From positions 448,001 to 512,000 of the forward strand of contig OY781964.1 in NCBI GenBank assembly GCA_963677485.1: a stretch of 64,000 nucleotides of DNA, written 5' to 3'. This stretch comes from Armatimonadota bacterium. GTDB lineage: Bacteria > Armatimonadota > HRBIN16. Made by a program: the position numbers and the translations under genes. The notes under the pieces are model-generated. The model was not told the DNA's origin. It did no database searches and saw nothing but the letters and a program-made list of their open reading frames with translations. How positions within the stretch are numbered: the first letter of the stretch is position 1; every line of letters starts with the position of its first letter. Positions 54,250 through 63,622 of this stretch are shown one piece after another.

Positions 54250-56709
54250 ATGTATAAAGCGATCATGCTATTCATGGTGTTGGCCATCTGTGCCAACGCC
54301 CATGCCGCCAAAAGGTTGAAGCCCACATTCATCTTCTCAAATGGAAGCACCATAGTCGCTTCGGCTGTGGTGACCGATGCGCCATACCAAGCTGATAAAA
54401 CCGGCAAGTCGGACGCCACTGCCGCTATCCAACGCGCGCTGGACGATGTGGCGGAGGTCGGCGGGGGTGTGGTTTATATGCCGGCTGGCCGATACCGCAT
54501 TGAGGGCAGTCTGAAACTTGGTTACGCCACGGCACTGGTTGGCGAATGGAAGTATTCCCATGACGGGAACATTGGCATGGGCACGATACTGCTGGCTTAT
54601 GGTGGAAGAGATAAAGCCGAAGGGGATGCGTTATTGCTTGCCACCAGCTCTGAAACGGCGTTGATGAACCTCACAATTTACTACCCGGAGCAGAAGCCCG
54701 ATGATATCCGCCCGTATCCGCCTACGATCTCATCATTCATGTCGACTCTGCAAAACCTGATATTGTGTAACTCTTATTTCGCGATTGATCAAAAATCGAT
54801 GAACGCCAGTTTCCTGAGCGATATCTACAGCACGGCACTTGTCAGGGGGTTATATGCTCCCGAATCGCAGGAGTTCTCCTGGATTCGCGATGTACATTTC
54901 GACAATTTCTACTGGAAAGAGGCCGTCAAGCTGTTCGACGGCAAACCCATGACCGCTGCGCAGGCGGCAATGGTAGACGCCTATGCGAAGGCGCACCTCG
55001 TCGGCCTGGAGCTTCAGCGGCTGGATGCTTTGGCAATCGACGGCTTTAGCGCAAAATCAGCCCAGGTTCCCATCCGCATGGCGAAAAACCCGAAATACCC
55101 ACACCCCGTGTTTGGATACGGCGGCGTGGCGATGGACTTCAAGGGCCAGCGAGATGAACAAGGATGGGCGCCATGGTATTACTACATGCGCTATGCCAAT
55201 GTGGATAATGTGCCGGAAATAGCGGGTATACGCTACTTCCCCCCAAAAACGCCCACTGCAAAGCGCGTAGATAAATCTTCGTTCTACGACGTCACCCAGC
55301 CGCCCTATAACGCTATGGGGGACGGAATCGCCGATGACACCGCGGCGGTCAAGAAGGCCTTGTCGGCCGCATCCAAACGTGGCGGCGGCACCGTCTACCT
55401 TCCTCAAGGGCACTACCGAATTACCTCTCCGCTAGTTATCCCCACAGGCGTAGAGCTCCGAGGACCTTATGCCGCAGGCAAGATGCGGGCGTTCAAAGAG
55501 GGTTGCGCTCTGGAAGTGTATTGCGGCAAAGGCTCGATTGCACCGGAGACCGACACGGCCTTCATCACACTGCAAGCGAACTCGGGAATCCGCGGGTTCA
55601 CGATCTCGCACCCAGAGCAGTCGTTCGACGTCAAGAAGCTGGTCTCCTACCCGTATACCATCAGGGGTAATGGATCGAATGTGTATATCATGGATGTCGA
55701 CTTGTTGAACTCCACATACGGCATCGACTTCGCCACCAATCGGTGCGATGGCCACCTGGTCAGGGGTATGTGGGCAACGGTGCTCTTCAAGGGGATCAAC
55801 GTCGGTGCCAACTCACGCGACGGGAAGCTGGAGCGTATGGCGTTCTCTGTCGGACCATTCTCCGAGTCGGGAAGATATGCTGCAGTGAAGACAGAGGAGA
55901 CCAACACCGATCTTCGAGACTTCATCAGCAACAACCTGGTGTGTTACCTGTTCGGTGACAGTGTGAATGAGAAGGGTTGGGGACTCGTTAGTTTCCTTCC
56001 GTTGACGCACTACGAATTCTACGAAGACAAAGGACAAGGCTGCACTAACGCCAATTTCTGGCTGTCCATGCACGATGTCGGTAAAAGATTCAACATCCTG
56101 GCAAACAGCGGTAAGAATATCAGCCTGATAGGCTACTTCTGCTCTGGCTCCGGCGAGGGCAAATACAACTGGCTGGAGGTTGGGCCAGCCTTCAAGGGAC
56201 CATTGAATGTCTACGCAAAGACGGTGCAGCAATCCGGTATCAACCACCCATACGGCTTTTCCTCACGGCAGGTGGCGTTCTACGAGGAAACTTCGCTGAC
56301 CACCGGCAAGAATGCCACCGCAATCAAGAGTGCGGACGGCAACACACCCGCGAAAGCGGTGGACCGTGATCCACGTAGCTTCTGGCAGGCACCCGCAGGC
56401 AGTGACCTGGACGTGGATTTGGGCCAGACCCGCACCATCACCGGTTTCGGGCTTGTTAACGCGGGGTTGTTCGACGATCTGAAGCAGAATGCCGAGGAGG
56501 CCGAACTCTGGACCAGCGCTGATGGTCAGGATTACACCAAAGCCGAAACGGTCTATGTCAGACCCGGAGGCGCCCTTCAGCCCTACTCCAACTCTTGGGC
56601 TGACTGTCCGGTCACGCCGGTCACCGCGAGATACGTGAGGCTGAAGGTGACCAAACCAGGAGCAGATGGCATCATTCGGATATCGACTTTCAACGTATTC
56701 GGTTACTAA
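54250..56709 (+). CDS. Secreted double beta-helix (pectate-lyase-3/GH55-like) enzyme with C-terminal F5/8 (CBM32-like) domain
   Basis: Two repeats of PY.A...G..D.TAA.Q.AL....GGG.VY.P.G.YRI; C-terminal KAVDRDPRSFW, VDLGQ and ARYVRL. Confidence 0.8.
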   Translation: MYKAIMLFMVLAICANAHAAKRLKPTFIFSNGSTIVASAVVTDAPYQADKTGKSDATAAIQRALDDVAEVGGGVVYMPAGRYRIEGSLKLGYATALVGEWKYSHDGNIGMGTILLAYGGRDKAEGDALLLATSSETALMNLTIYYPEQKPDDIRPYPPTISSFMSTLQNLILCNSYFAIDQKSMNASFLSDIYSTALVRGLYAPESQEFSWIRDVHFDNFYWKEAVKLFDGKPMTAAQAAMVDAYAKAHLVGLELQRLDALAIDGFSAKSAQVPIRMAKNPKYPHPVFGYGGVAMDFKGQRDEQGWAPWYYYMRYANVDNVPEIAGIRYFPPKTPTAKRVDKSSFYDVTQPPYNAMGDGIADDTAAVKKALSAASKRGGGTVYLPQGHYRITSPLVIPTGVELRGPYAAGKMRAFKEGCALEVYCGKGSIAPETDTAFITLQANSGIRGFTISHPEQSFDVKKLVSYPYTIRGNGSNVYIMDVDLLNSTYGIDFATNRCDGHLVRGMWATVLFKGINVGANSRDGKLERMAFSVGPFSESGRYAAVKTEETNTDLRDFISNNLVCYLFGDSVNEKGWGLVSFLPLTHYEFYEDKGQGCTNANFWLSMHDVGKRFNILANSGKNISLIGYFCSGSGEGKYNWLEVGPAFKGPLNVYAKTVQQSGINHPYGFSSRQVAFYEETSLTTGKNATAIKSADGNTPAKAVDRDPRSFWQAPAGSDLDVDLGQTRTITGFGLVNAGLFDDLKQNAEEAELWTSADGQDYTKAETVYVRPGGALQPYSNSWADCPVTPVTARYVRLKVTKPGADGIIRISTFNVFGY

Positions 56710-56744
56710 CAAACACACACTAAGACCATCGGGGGCATCAGATT

Positions 56745-57752
56745 TTGAACAGCAGAGAACGGGTAAGAGCACTTCTGGCAGGCGAACCAACAGACCGAGT
56801 CGGCTTTTGGCTGGGTGAACCCCACGCGGAGACTTGGCCGATCTACCTGAAGCACTTCGGTCTGACCGAAAAGGAGGATCTGCGTAAACTGCTTGGCGAT
56901 GATCTGCGCTGGATCTATGCGGAGATGGGCGGGTATCAGCACCCGGATGGCCACCCTATGTTTCAGTTCACGAAGCTGGATGCTGATGGCCGAGTTGTGC
57001 CGGTCTTCGCTGACTGCGAAGACGTGGCGGAACTTGATGACTACGAGTGGCCCAACCCCGAATACATGGACTTCAGTTACACCCTGAACGCACTGCGCAA
57101 CACCGGAGACTACTATCGGGCCAGTGGCATGTGGTCGCCCTTCTTCCATATGGTCGCCGATCTGTTTGGCATGGAAAACTACTTTGTGAAGATGCACACC
57201 AACCCCGATGTGGTGGATGCCGTGACCCGCAAGGTGTGCGACTTCTATTATGACTCCAATGTGCGTTTCTTCGACCAGGCTGGCGATGAGATGGATGCCT
57301 TCTTCTTCGGTAACGACTTCGGCACGCAGCTTGATACACTGATCAGCCCGAAATGCTTTGACCGCTTCATCATGCCGGACATCAAGCGGCTGATCGACTT
57401 GGGCCACTCACGCGGCTACCAGGTGATGAGCCATAGCTGCGGAGCGGTTCATAAGTTCATTGACCGTTATATTGATGCTGGTCTGAACGGTCTGCATCCT
57501 CTCCAGGCGAAGGCCGCGAATATGGACGCCGAGACGCTGGCCCGCGACTTCAAAGGCCGCCTGACCTTCATTGGCGGCATCGACACGCAAGAGCTGTTGA
57601 TGAATGCCACACCGGAGCAGGTGAAGCAGGAGGTGCGCCGCGTGAAATCGCTGCTCGGACCACGGCTGATCGTCAGTCCCAGCCATGAGTGCCTGCTGCC
57701 GAACGTGCCGCCCGAGAACGTGCTGGCCATGGCCGAAGCCGCGCTGGAGTAG
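56745..57752 (+). CDS. Uroporphyrinogen decarboxylase-family protein
   Basis: MNSRERV, FGMEN, GNDFGTQ, ISP, HSCG, GLHPLQ, FIGGIDTQ and SPSH. Confidence 0.88.
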   Translation: MNSRERVRALLAGEPTDRVGFWLGEPHAETWPIYLKHFGLTEKEDLRKLLGDDLRWIYAEMGGYQHPDGHPMFQFTKLDADGRVVPVFADCEDVAELDDYEWPNPEYMDFSYTLNALRNTGDYYRASGMWSPFFHMVADLFGMENYFVKMHTNPDVVDAVTRKVCDFYYDSNVRFFDQAGDEMDAFFFGNDFGTQLDTLISPKCFDRFIMPDIKRLIDLGHSRGYQVMSHSCGAVHKFIDRYIDAGLNGLHPLQAKAANMDAETLARDFKGRLTFIGGIDTQELLMNATPEQVKQEVRRVKSLLGPRLIVSPSHECLLPNVPPENVLAMAEAALE

Positions 57753-57782
57753 CGATCATCGCGATTTACAAGGAGAGCTGAT

Positions 57783-59240
57783 ATGGGAATCAACAGTCCG
57801 ATTGTTCCAAACGAAAACGGCGGTCGATTCGTGGTCTACGCCAGCACGTATGCTCACCTCGATAGCAGCGTCATCGATGGCGGGGGCACAGATGATACCG
57901 AGGCGATCCAGGCGATTCTGGACATGGCACGTGTGTGGGGCGGCCTGCATCTGGTCATGGACGGAGCGGCTCTGGTGCAGGGTATCGAGGTCCACTCCAA
58001 CACCACCATCGAGTGCGAGAACAAAGACTGCGGCTTCTTCCTGGCGTCTGGTGCCAACCGCTCGATCATCCAGAACGCGCATCTCGATTTCAAGACGCGG
58101 CAGGACAAAAACATCACGCTTCTGGGCGGCACCTACAACCACAACGCGGCCGGGCAGGTTCACCATCTGACCATCGAAGCCGATTCTGGCGGTGCGTTCG
58201 CACGCGAGAAGTGGGTGCTGGCGATGGAGTTTTACGGAGTGGAGTACCTCACCATGCGTGATGTGACCATCCGCAACCAGCGCACCTTCGCCATGCTGGT
58301 GGCCAACTGGTACCGGGTCACGATGGAGAACATCACCATCGAGTTGCCGGACAACATGTATGCGCAGAACCAGGACGGCATCCACTTCTGGGGCCCGGGG
58401 CAGTTCCTGAGCATCAAGAACATCATGGGCGGGGCGGGTGACGACTTCATCGCACTGGCACCCGATGAGAATGACTGCGTCTCAGACATCACCGATGTGC
58501 TGATCGACGGCGTGTTTCTGAATGATGTGGATCAGGGCATCCGGATGCTCTCCAGAGGCAGCGGTCGGCTGGACCGGGTGACGGTTCGAAATGTCACGGG
58601 CACATATAAGAGCTTTGGGTTCTTCATCTGCCCCTGGTTCCCTGGCAACGGCGGCAACTACGGTCAGATCACCATCGAGAATGTCGATATGAGACAGGCC
58701 AATCACAAATACGAGTATACCAACCCGTTCCTGTTCCGAATCGGGGGCAACATCGAGTCCATCACGCTGCGCAACATCAGCCACCACAACCCCGCCACGC
58801 CACTGAGTCTGGTGGAGGTCGGCCTCCCCTTCTACACGCCGCTTGACGAGGCGAGTGTGGCCGCGTCGCACATCAGCAGCCTGGTGATTGACGGCCTTCA
58901 GATATATGAAAAAGAGGGCTGCGCTGCGGATTCGGAGTACATCAAGTTGTTGGGCAGGGTGGACAGCATCGTGCTGCGCGACACCATAGTCAATAGGAGT
59001 CATGGCGCACGATCCAACGGCAGTCTCATCGCCACCTCCGAACACGCCGATATCGGCAGCCTGCATATCAGCGGAGTGAGCATGACTGGACTGAACACGC
59101 TGTTGAATCACGCCGACGGTAAGATCGGCACGCTCTGCCTGCACAATGTGCTGGCGGTCGGGGCGGATGCGCCGCTGATGACAGGCGAGGGTGAGATCGG
59201 CGAACTATACACCGACGGAATCCATGGCGCAGAACTATAA
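57783..59240 (+). CDS. Right-handed beta-helix (pectin lyase fold / GH28-like) protein, no signal peptide
   Basis: GGTDDTEAIQAILD; NQDGIHF and GDDFIAL resemble the GH28 NTD/DD motifs. Confidence 0.75.
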   Translation: MGINSPIVPNENGGRFVVYASTYAHLDSSVIDGGGTDDTEAIQAILDMARVWGGLHLVMDGAALVQGIEVHSNTTIECENKDCGFFLASGANRSIIQNAHLDFKTRQDKNITLLGGTYNHNAAGQVHHLTIEADSGGAFAREKWVLAMEFYGVEYLTMRDVTIRNQRTFAMLVANWYRVTMENITIELPDNMYAQNQDGIHFWGPGQFLSIKNIMGGAGDDFIALAPDENDCVSDITDVLIDGVFLNDVDQGIRMLSRGSGRLDRVTVRNVTGTYKSFGFFICPWFPGNGGNYGQITIENVDMRQANHKYEYTNPFLFRIGGNIESITLRNISHHNPATPLSLVEVGLPFYTPLDEASVAASHISSLVIDGLQIYEKEGCAADSEYIKLLGRVDSIVLRDTIVNRSHGARSNGSLIATSEHADIGSLHISGVSMTGLNTLLNHADGKIGTLCLHNVLAVGADAPLMTGEGEIGELYTDGIHGAEL

Positions 59241-59253
59241 ATGGGGAGGAGGT

Positions 59254-59326
59254 GTAGGGGCGACCGGCCGGTCGCCCCTACGGCAGAATGAACAACGATT
59301 AGGGCGCCCACAAGGGGTGCCCCTAC
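59254..59326. repeat. GTAG-type REP pair between convergent genes
   Basis: Perfect 28-bp palindrome GTAGGGGCGACCGGCCGGTCGCCCCTAC (59254-59281) and AGGGCGCCCACAAGGGGTGCCCCTAC (59301-59326), which overlaps the stop codon of the next gene. Confidence 0.85.
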
Positions 59327-61674
59327 GACTTCACCAGCGTGAAGGCTCCAAAGCGCGAGGGCTCATAGTGGCGTGATGACAGCACCGGTGACCACACGGC
59401 CCTGATGGTGGTCGAGTTGGGATCGGTGTTGTTCTGGCATCTGAAGAAGTTCACGGACAGGCTCTTGCCCTGCAGATTCGTCAGACCCATAGAACTAAAC
59501 GGAATCGACGCTTCCAGTGTCCATCTCTTATCGCCGATCACCACTTTGATGCTGCCGCCGCTGTCCCACTTGGTGGGGTTGCTGACCCCAGGCTGGAAAT
59601 GGGCATCCCAGATGGTGCCTACCGGGTTGACGATGAACTGGTAATAGTCGCCAGCGGTCTTGACCTCAGATTCAATGAATATCTCCATGCATTCGTCGTC
59701 CCAGATCTCGCCCTCATCCTTGACCTTCTGCCGCACGATCATGCTGGATGTGAGGGGCTCCTCGTTGACAAAGGCCAGATACAGGTTCTTTTCATCCCAC
59801 ATCGCATATCCGCTGCTCTTGTAAGGGATCTTGCCGCCCATGATGTCTGAGAACTCGAATTTCGCCGCGCGCTGCCAACATGGTTCGTCAATGCTGCCAT
59901 CGATGACGGGTGCCACGGATGTGTAAGGGATGGACAGCTTCGGCTTGGCTAGATTAGCCATCCGGTTTGCGGCCGGCTCGAACTGGGATTTCAGGTTTTC
60001 GATCCGCTGCCTCTCGGCTGAGCTGGGCTTCGTCAGTGTGATCGCATCATTCAGACACGACATTAACGCTTTGATGCGCTCCGGCGTGTAGAGCCGGCTG
60101 ATGCTTTCCGGGCTGGCCAACGGCTGAGGTTCCCTGAAGGATTGGTGGCTGTCGCACCAAATCTGTTCCGCAGTCCGCCAGAAGGATCGCATCGGCTTGG
60201 CAGCGGCACCGTAGAACCGCTGGCAGTAGTCGTCCATCAGCTTCTGAGGGTTCAGCTTCGTGTCCCAATAAAGCTTGCCGGTGATATACAAGTTGGGTGT
60301 GGTCATCTCCGTCCGGTGGATACGCGCTGGCTCACCCAGGTCGCCCAGCCAGCTCTCGGCTTCGACAAACTCGCCCCGGCTGACCCCCTTCAAGCGCTTG
60401 AGGTCCTCGGCCATCAGACTGGGGAAGAACACCGGAACCCCTCTGAGCGAAAGGTCATACCCCGCCGCATACAGGTAATACTCCCAGATGTAGATGGTCT
60501 TCGCATGTTTCTGCCAATCTTGAATGAACAGGTTTGTATCGCGCTTCGTCTTCTCGTGCCAGTAAAGATAGCGGCTCTTGCAGATCATGACGGCCACATT
60601 TGGGTTCAGCTTCGCGATGCTTTTCGGCGGTTTCAGATAGTGTTCATACGCACAGCAGCCGACCATCTTGCCAGGGTGGGTTTTCTGCAACTCGGTGGCG
60701 ACATTGGTCACGAAATTCCACAGATAGTCGGAGAACATGCCCTCCGGGCCCATCGATTTATCCACTTTGGGCTGGCATCGGGGGCACTCGCAGATTTTCT
60801 CCCAGCCATCATTCGGCATCACTGGGAAGACATATGCCCCAGGGTTTTCGTCGAAATACTTGCGGGCTTCGGTCACAAACGCGGTCAGCGTGCCCGGTTC
60901 GGAAAGGCACAGGCTGCCCTGCCCCACGCAGGTCTTGTTGAGGTCCCGTTCGCCATCGATGATTGCGAAATACTCAGGATGCGTTTCGAAGTATTTGTGA
61001 AGCAGCAGGAACGAATGGATGATGGGCACGGCATAGGTGGCACCGAAACCCGCCCTGCGATACCAGAGCGCTTCGTCGACACCGGCTTCCAGGAAGTCGT
61101 TGTAGAATATCGTGCGGTAACTGAACTCCGGTGATTTGCTGATGTTGATCTTGCCGACCGTGATGTTCTCCGCGGTCGGCACCACCTCACCCAGATCACC
61201 CGGCATGAACCAACGCACACCGCACTCATTATCAAGGAACCGGTAGACAGCAAACAGGCTGCCCGTCTCGCCGTTTTTGCTGATGCCGGTCTGTTCGTTG
61301 TAACTCCATCGCTGGGTCAGCGGATTTAGCATGCCATAGGATGGTTCGCTCTCTCGCCCAAACAACACCAGCCAGCCCTTGCCAGACACCATCTTGTAGC
61401 CATCTGAGTTGAGCCCTTTGAGAGACAGGCCGAGCTGCCGCGTGGTGGCACTTTCGCCGATGTATATCACACTGCCCGTGGCGGGCTTCTCACTGCTGAT
61501 ATCCAGTTTCGCGCCGCTGATCTTCTCGATATATTTCTGCAGCTCAGAGGCGGCGAATACCACCATCTTCGGCGCATCTTTCGCCACGACGATCACCGCC
61601 GCCGGACGCCGGTTCTTGACGATCTCCAGTCCTGCTGCACCAGATGCGGCACCGATAAACAATGAGTTTGGCAT
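59323..61674 (-). CDS. DUF4838-domain putative glycoside hydrolase with C-terminal CBM9-like domain
   Basis: GSLFAVYRFLD..CGVRWFMPG, HSF, HPEYFA, NDGWEKICECPRC and KLYWD; C-terminal PVIDGSIDEPCW, WDEKNLYLAF and WTLEASIPF. Confidence 0.82.
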   Translation of the reverse strand: MPNSLFIGAASGAAGLEIVKNRRPAAVIVVAKDAPKMVVFAASELQKYIEKISGAKLDISSEKPATGSVIYIGESATTRQLGLSLKGLNSDGYKMVSGKGWLVLFGRESEPSYGMLNPLTQRWSYNEQTGISKNGETGSLFAVYRFLDNECGVRWFMPGDLGEVVPTAENITVGKINISKSPEFSYRTIFYNDFLEAGVDEALWYRRAGFGATYAVPIIHSFLLLHKYFETHPEYFAIIDGERDLNKTCVGQGSLCLSEPGTLTAFVTEARKYFDENPGAYVFPVMPNDGWEKICECPRCQPKVDKSMGPEGMFSDYLWNFVTNVATELQKTHPGKMVGCCAYEHYLKPPKSIAKLNPNVAVMICKSRYLYWHEKTKRDTNLFIQDWQKHAKTIYIWEYYLYAAGYDLSLRGVPVFFPSLMAEDLKRLKGVSRGEFVEAESWLGDLGEPARIHRTEMTTPNLYITGKLYWDTKLNPQKLMDDYCQRFYGAAAKPMRSFWRTAEQIWCDSHQSFREPQPLASPESISRLYTPERIKALMSCLNDAITLTKPSSAERQRIENLKSQFEPAANRMANLAKPKLSIPYTSVAPVIDGSIDEPCWQRAAKFEFSDIMGGKIPYKSSGYAMWDEKNLYLAFVNEEPLTSSMIVRQKVKDEGEIWDDECMEIFIESEVKTAGDYYQFIVNPVGTIWDAHFQPGVSNPTKWDSGGSIKVVIGDKRWTLEASIPFSSMGLTNLQGKSLSVNFFRCQNNTDPNSTTIRAVWSPVLSSRHYEPSRFGAFTLVKS

Positions 61675-61834
61675 GGGGGCTACTCCTTAACATTTAGTGG
61701 GCGGCTGCCGTCTATGGGCATTCGCGGACGCACTATGTAACAGCATACGCCAGCACCTCGACGGAGGCAAGACCGGGGGCATAAACCTCGATATGTTTAA
61801 ACCGGGCATTGATCTACCACAAATCAGTGCTAAC

Positions 61835-61864
61835 AAAAAACAGGAAGAGCGTGTGCTCTTCCTG
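61835..61864 (-). terminator. Rho-independent terminator of the 61900..63015 gene
   Basis: Minus strand reads CAGGAAGAGC-ACAC-GCTCTTCCTG-TTTTTT. Confidence 0.88.
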
Positions 61865-61899
61865 CGTCTGACCATATCACGGTTTACGGTTTATACACC

Positions 61900-63015
61900 C
61901 TATTTCCGCAGGCTGTATTTCACCATATCAATGCGGTCCTTGTAGTAAGCCAGATGGTAGATATTACCGGCCGGGTCTACGGCTACCGGACTTTTCGCAG
62001 GACAAGGCAGTCCTCGGACTTTAAGTTTGGTAACGAACTTTCCGTTTACATCGAACTTATAGATGGTCACATCATTCTCAATGTTGAAGCCGCGGTCAAG
62101 CCTTATCCACTGACCCTTTGGTCGGGCATGGAGAGCAATGAGATAGATATTACCCGAGCTGTCCACCGCCTTGGTAGACATATCCCATATGTTTGTAGCA
62201 AACTCGTTTTCGCTTTTGCTGATGCTTTTTGGAGTGATCAGTTTCATGGTGCGTACTACATCACCCTTGCTGTTATACATCCGTAATCCGCTGAATTGTT
62301 TAGTGGTTGCATTGCGTACTGATACATATGTGCAGCCGTTCCATCCGGCAAAGCCACCCCGTCCTGGCGAAAACCGTAGGAAATGCAGCTTTGAGTCAAA
62401 CTTCGCCACGGCCGAGATATTCGTTTTGTCTGGAAACACAGAGATGTAGAAGTTACCGGATGTATCGGCTCGCATTGATTTCCAACTATCTAGTGAAGTT
62501 GGCAGTTTCACCTTCTTGGTTATCTGTGAATAGAGTGTGTTCCAACCCTGTTTATCAAATTTACCATCGGCGGAATAGACCCAGACGGGTTGTTTAGGGT
62601 CGTTAACCGCTAACAGCAGTTTTCCTTTAGGTACGGCTGCGATATCAGTGATCTCTCGATTTCCAATCGCAACTCGTGCCTGTTCTTTGGCTTTATGAGA
62701 TGCTTGATGGGACATGATCGCCCTCTGAAGTGTGCCATAGCGGTTCAACACGATGACTCGCGCATCACCATATTTACCGATGATGATTTGGTCTTCCGAA
62801 GGTACCAACAACTTACTTATAGAGGATTGCCACAGCCAATCACCTTCATGTTCATTATTGACACCTTTTGGTAGTTGCATCACCCCATTACCATACTTCA
62901 TGCTGAACAGCACCTTAGGTTTGTACACCTCCCCGGCAGATACCGAAGAACCAAGCACGGCGAAGGTGATTACGGACAGAAGCAGATTACCGAATAACGT
63001 CGAACGAGACGGCAT
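61900..63015 (-). CDS. Secreted NHL/6-bladed beta-propeller-like hypothetical protein (AT-rich, basic)
   Basis: ATG at 63015 after AGGAGG; signal peptide; repeats ADTSGNFYI, AVDSSGNIYL, AVDPAGNIYH and YKFDVNGKFV. Confidence 0.7.
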   Translation of the reverse strand: MPSRSTLFGNLLLSVITFAVLGSSVSAGEVYKPKVLFSMKYGNGVMQLPKGVNNEHEGDWLWQSSISKLLVPSEDQIIIGKYGDARVIVLNRYGTLQRAIMSHQASHKAKEQARVAIGNREITDIAAVPKGKLLLAVNDPKQPVWVYSADGKFDKQGWNTLYSQITKKVKLPTSLDSWKSMRADTSGNFYISVFPDKTNISAVAKFDSKLHFLRFSPGRGGFAGWNGCTYVSVRNATTKQFSGLRMYNSKGDVVRTMKLITPKSISKSENEFATNIWDMSTKAVDSSGNIYLIALHARPKGQWIRLDRGFNIENDVTIYKFDVNGKFVTKLKVRGLPCPAKSPVAVDPAGNIYHLAYYKDRIDMVKYSLRK

Positions 63016-63295
63016 AGAATGGCCTCCTTTGACCGGGTGACAGGGAATCACTCCGTTTACATTGGTATTATTATACCCATTTGCCAGCTTTGAAATGATA
63101 GGCTTCCACAGATCGCAACCGCTTATAACGAAAACTGGTAAATCTACCTGTTTTGAGAGCCAGCCGATGTTGAGAAATTGATGCGATGTGGTTGGGGATG
63201 CAGGAAAATCGCCAATAAAACCTCCTCCTGCACTATAATATAGACGGCAGGCCAAGGATGAATATGTGGAGAGGTTACATGACTGGTAAGCCGGA

Positions 63296-63622
63296 ATGAT
63301 TGACATCGCCCCTCAGCACCTTCAGATCATCACCGAGATACTGCGTGAGCACGTTCCCGAATGTGAGGTGCGCGCTTTTGGCTCGCGGGTACAAAACAAG
63401 GCCAAGAGCTACTCCGATCTTGACATCGCGGTCGTTGGCCGCGAACGTATCAACCGGTCGCGGTTTTACCGCCTCAAGGAAGCATTCGAAGATTCGGTGC
63501 TACCCTTCCGCGTGGATGTGCTGGACTGGCACACCATCTCCGAAAGCTTCCGGAATGTCATTAGTAAATGCTATGCGGTGATACAAGAACCCTCACAGAA
63601 TGTGCCATCACCTGGTGCCTGA
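63296..63622 (+). CDS. Minimal nucleotidyltransferase (MNT, HI0073-like antitoxin family)
   Basis: VRAFGSRV, SDLDIAV and LPFRVDVLDW; TATAAT at 63234-63239. Confidence 0.9.
   Translation: MIDIAPQHLQIITEILREHVPECEVRAFGSRVQNKAKSYSDLDIAVVGRERINRSRFYRLKEAFEDSVLPFRVDVLDWHTISESFRNVISKCYAVIQEPSQNVPSPGA

Noticed and set aside
43892-57752. hemE assignment for the URO-D-family genes
   Set aside because: The HemE N-terminal MRQAGR motif is absent, HxC-type metal motifs are present, and the context is glycan catabolism.
8038-59326. CRISPR array
   Set aside because: The palindromic repeats occur as isolated singles or inverted pairs, not regularly spaced direct repeats with unique spacers, and there are no cas genes.
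40032-61134. Long antisense or alternate-frame ORFs such as 40032..40985, 56706..57407 and 60142..61134
   Set aside because: They are shadow ORFs opposite well-supported GC-rich genes and have no recognisable motifs.
61687-61875. 62-aa ORF upstream of the third DUF4838 gene
   Set aside because: It runs through a strong intrinsic terminator and has no clear RBS or protein-like features.
63016-63306. 97-aa N-terminal extension of ORF 61900..63306, and similar extensions of ORFs 22953..25559, 32268..34682, 43805..44971 and 47171..48142
   Set aside because: Internal starts with better RBS, signal peptide or stop/start coupling exist, and the extensions overlap neighbouring genes or promoters.
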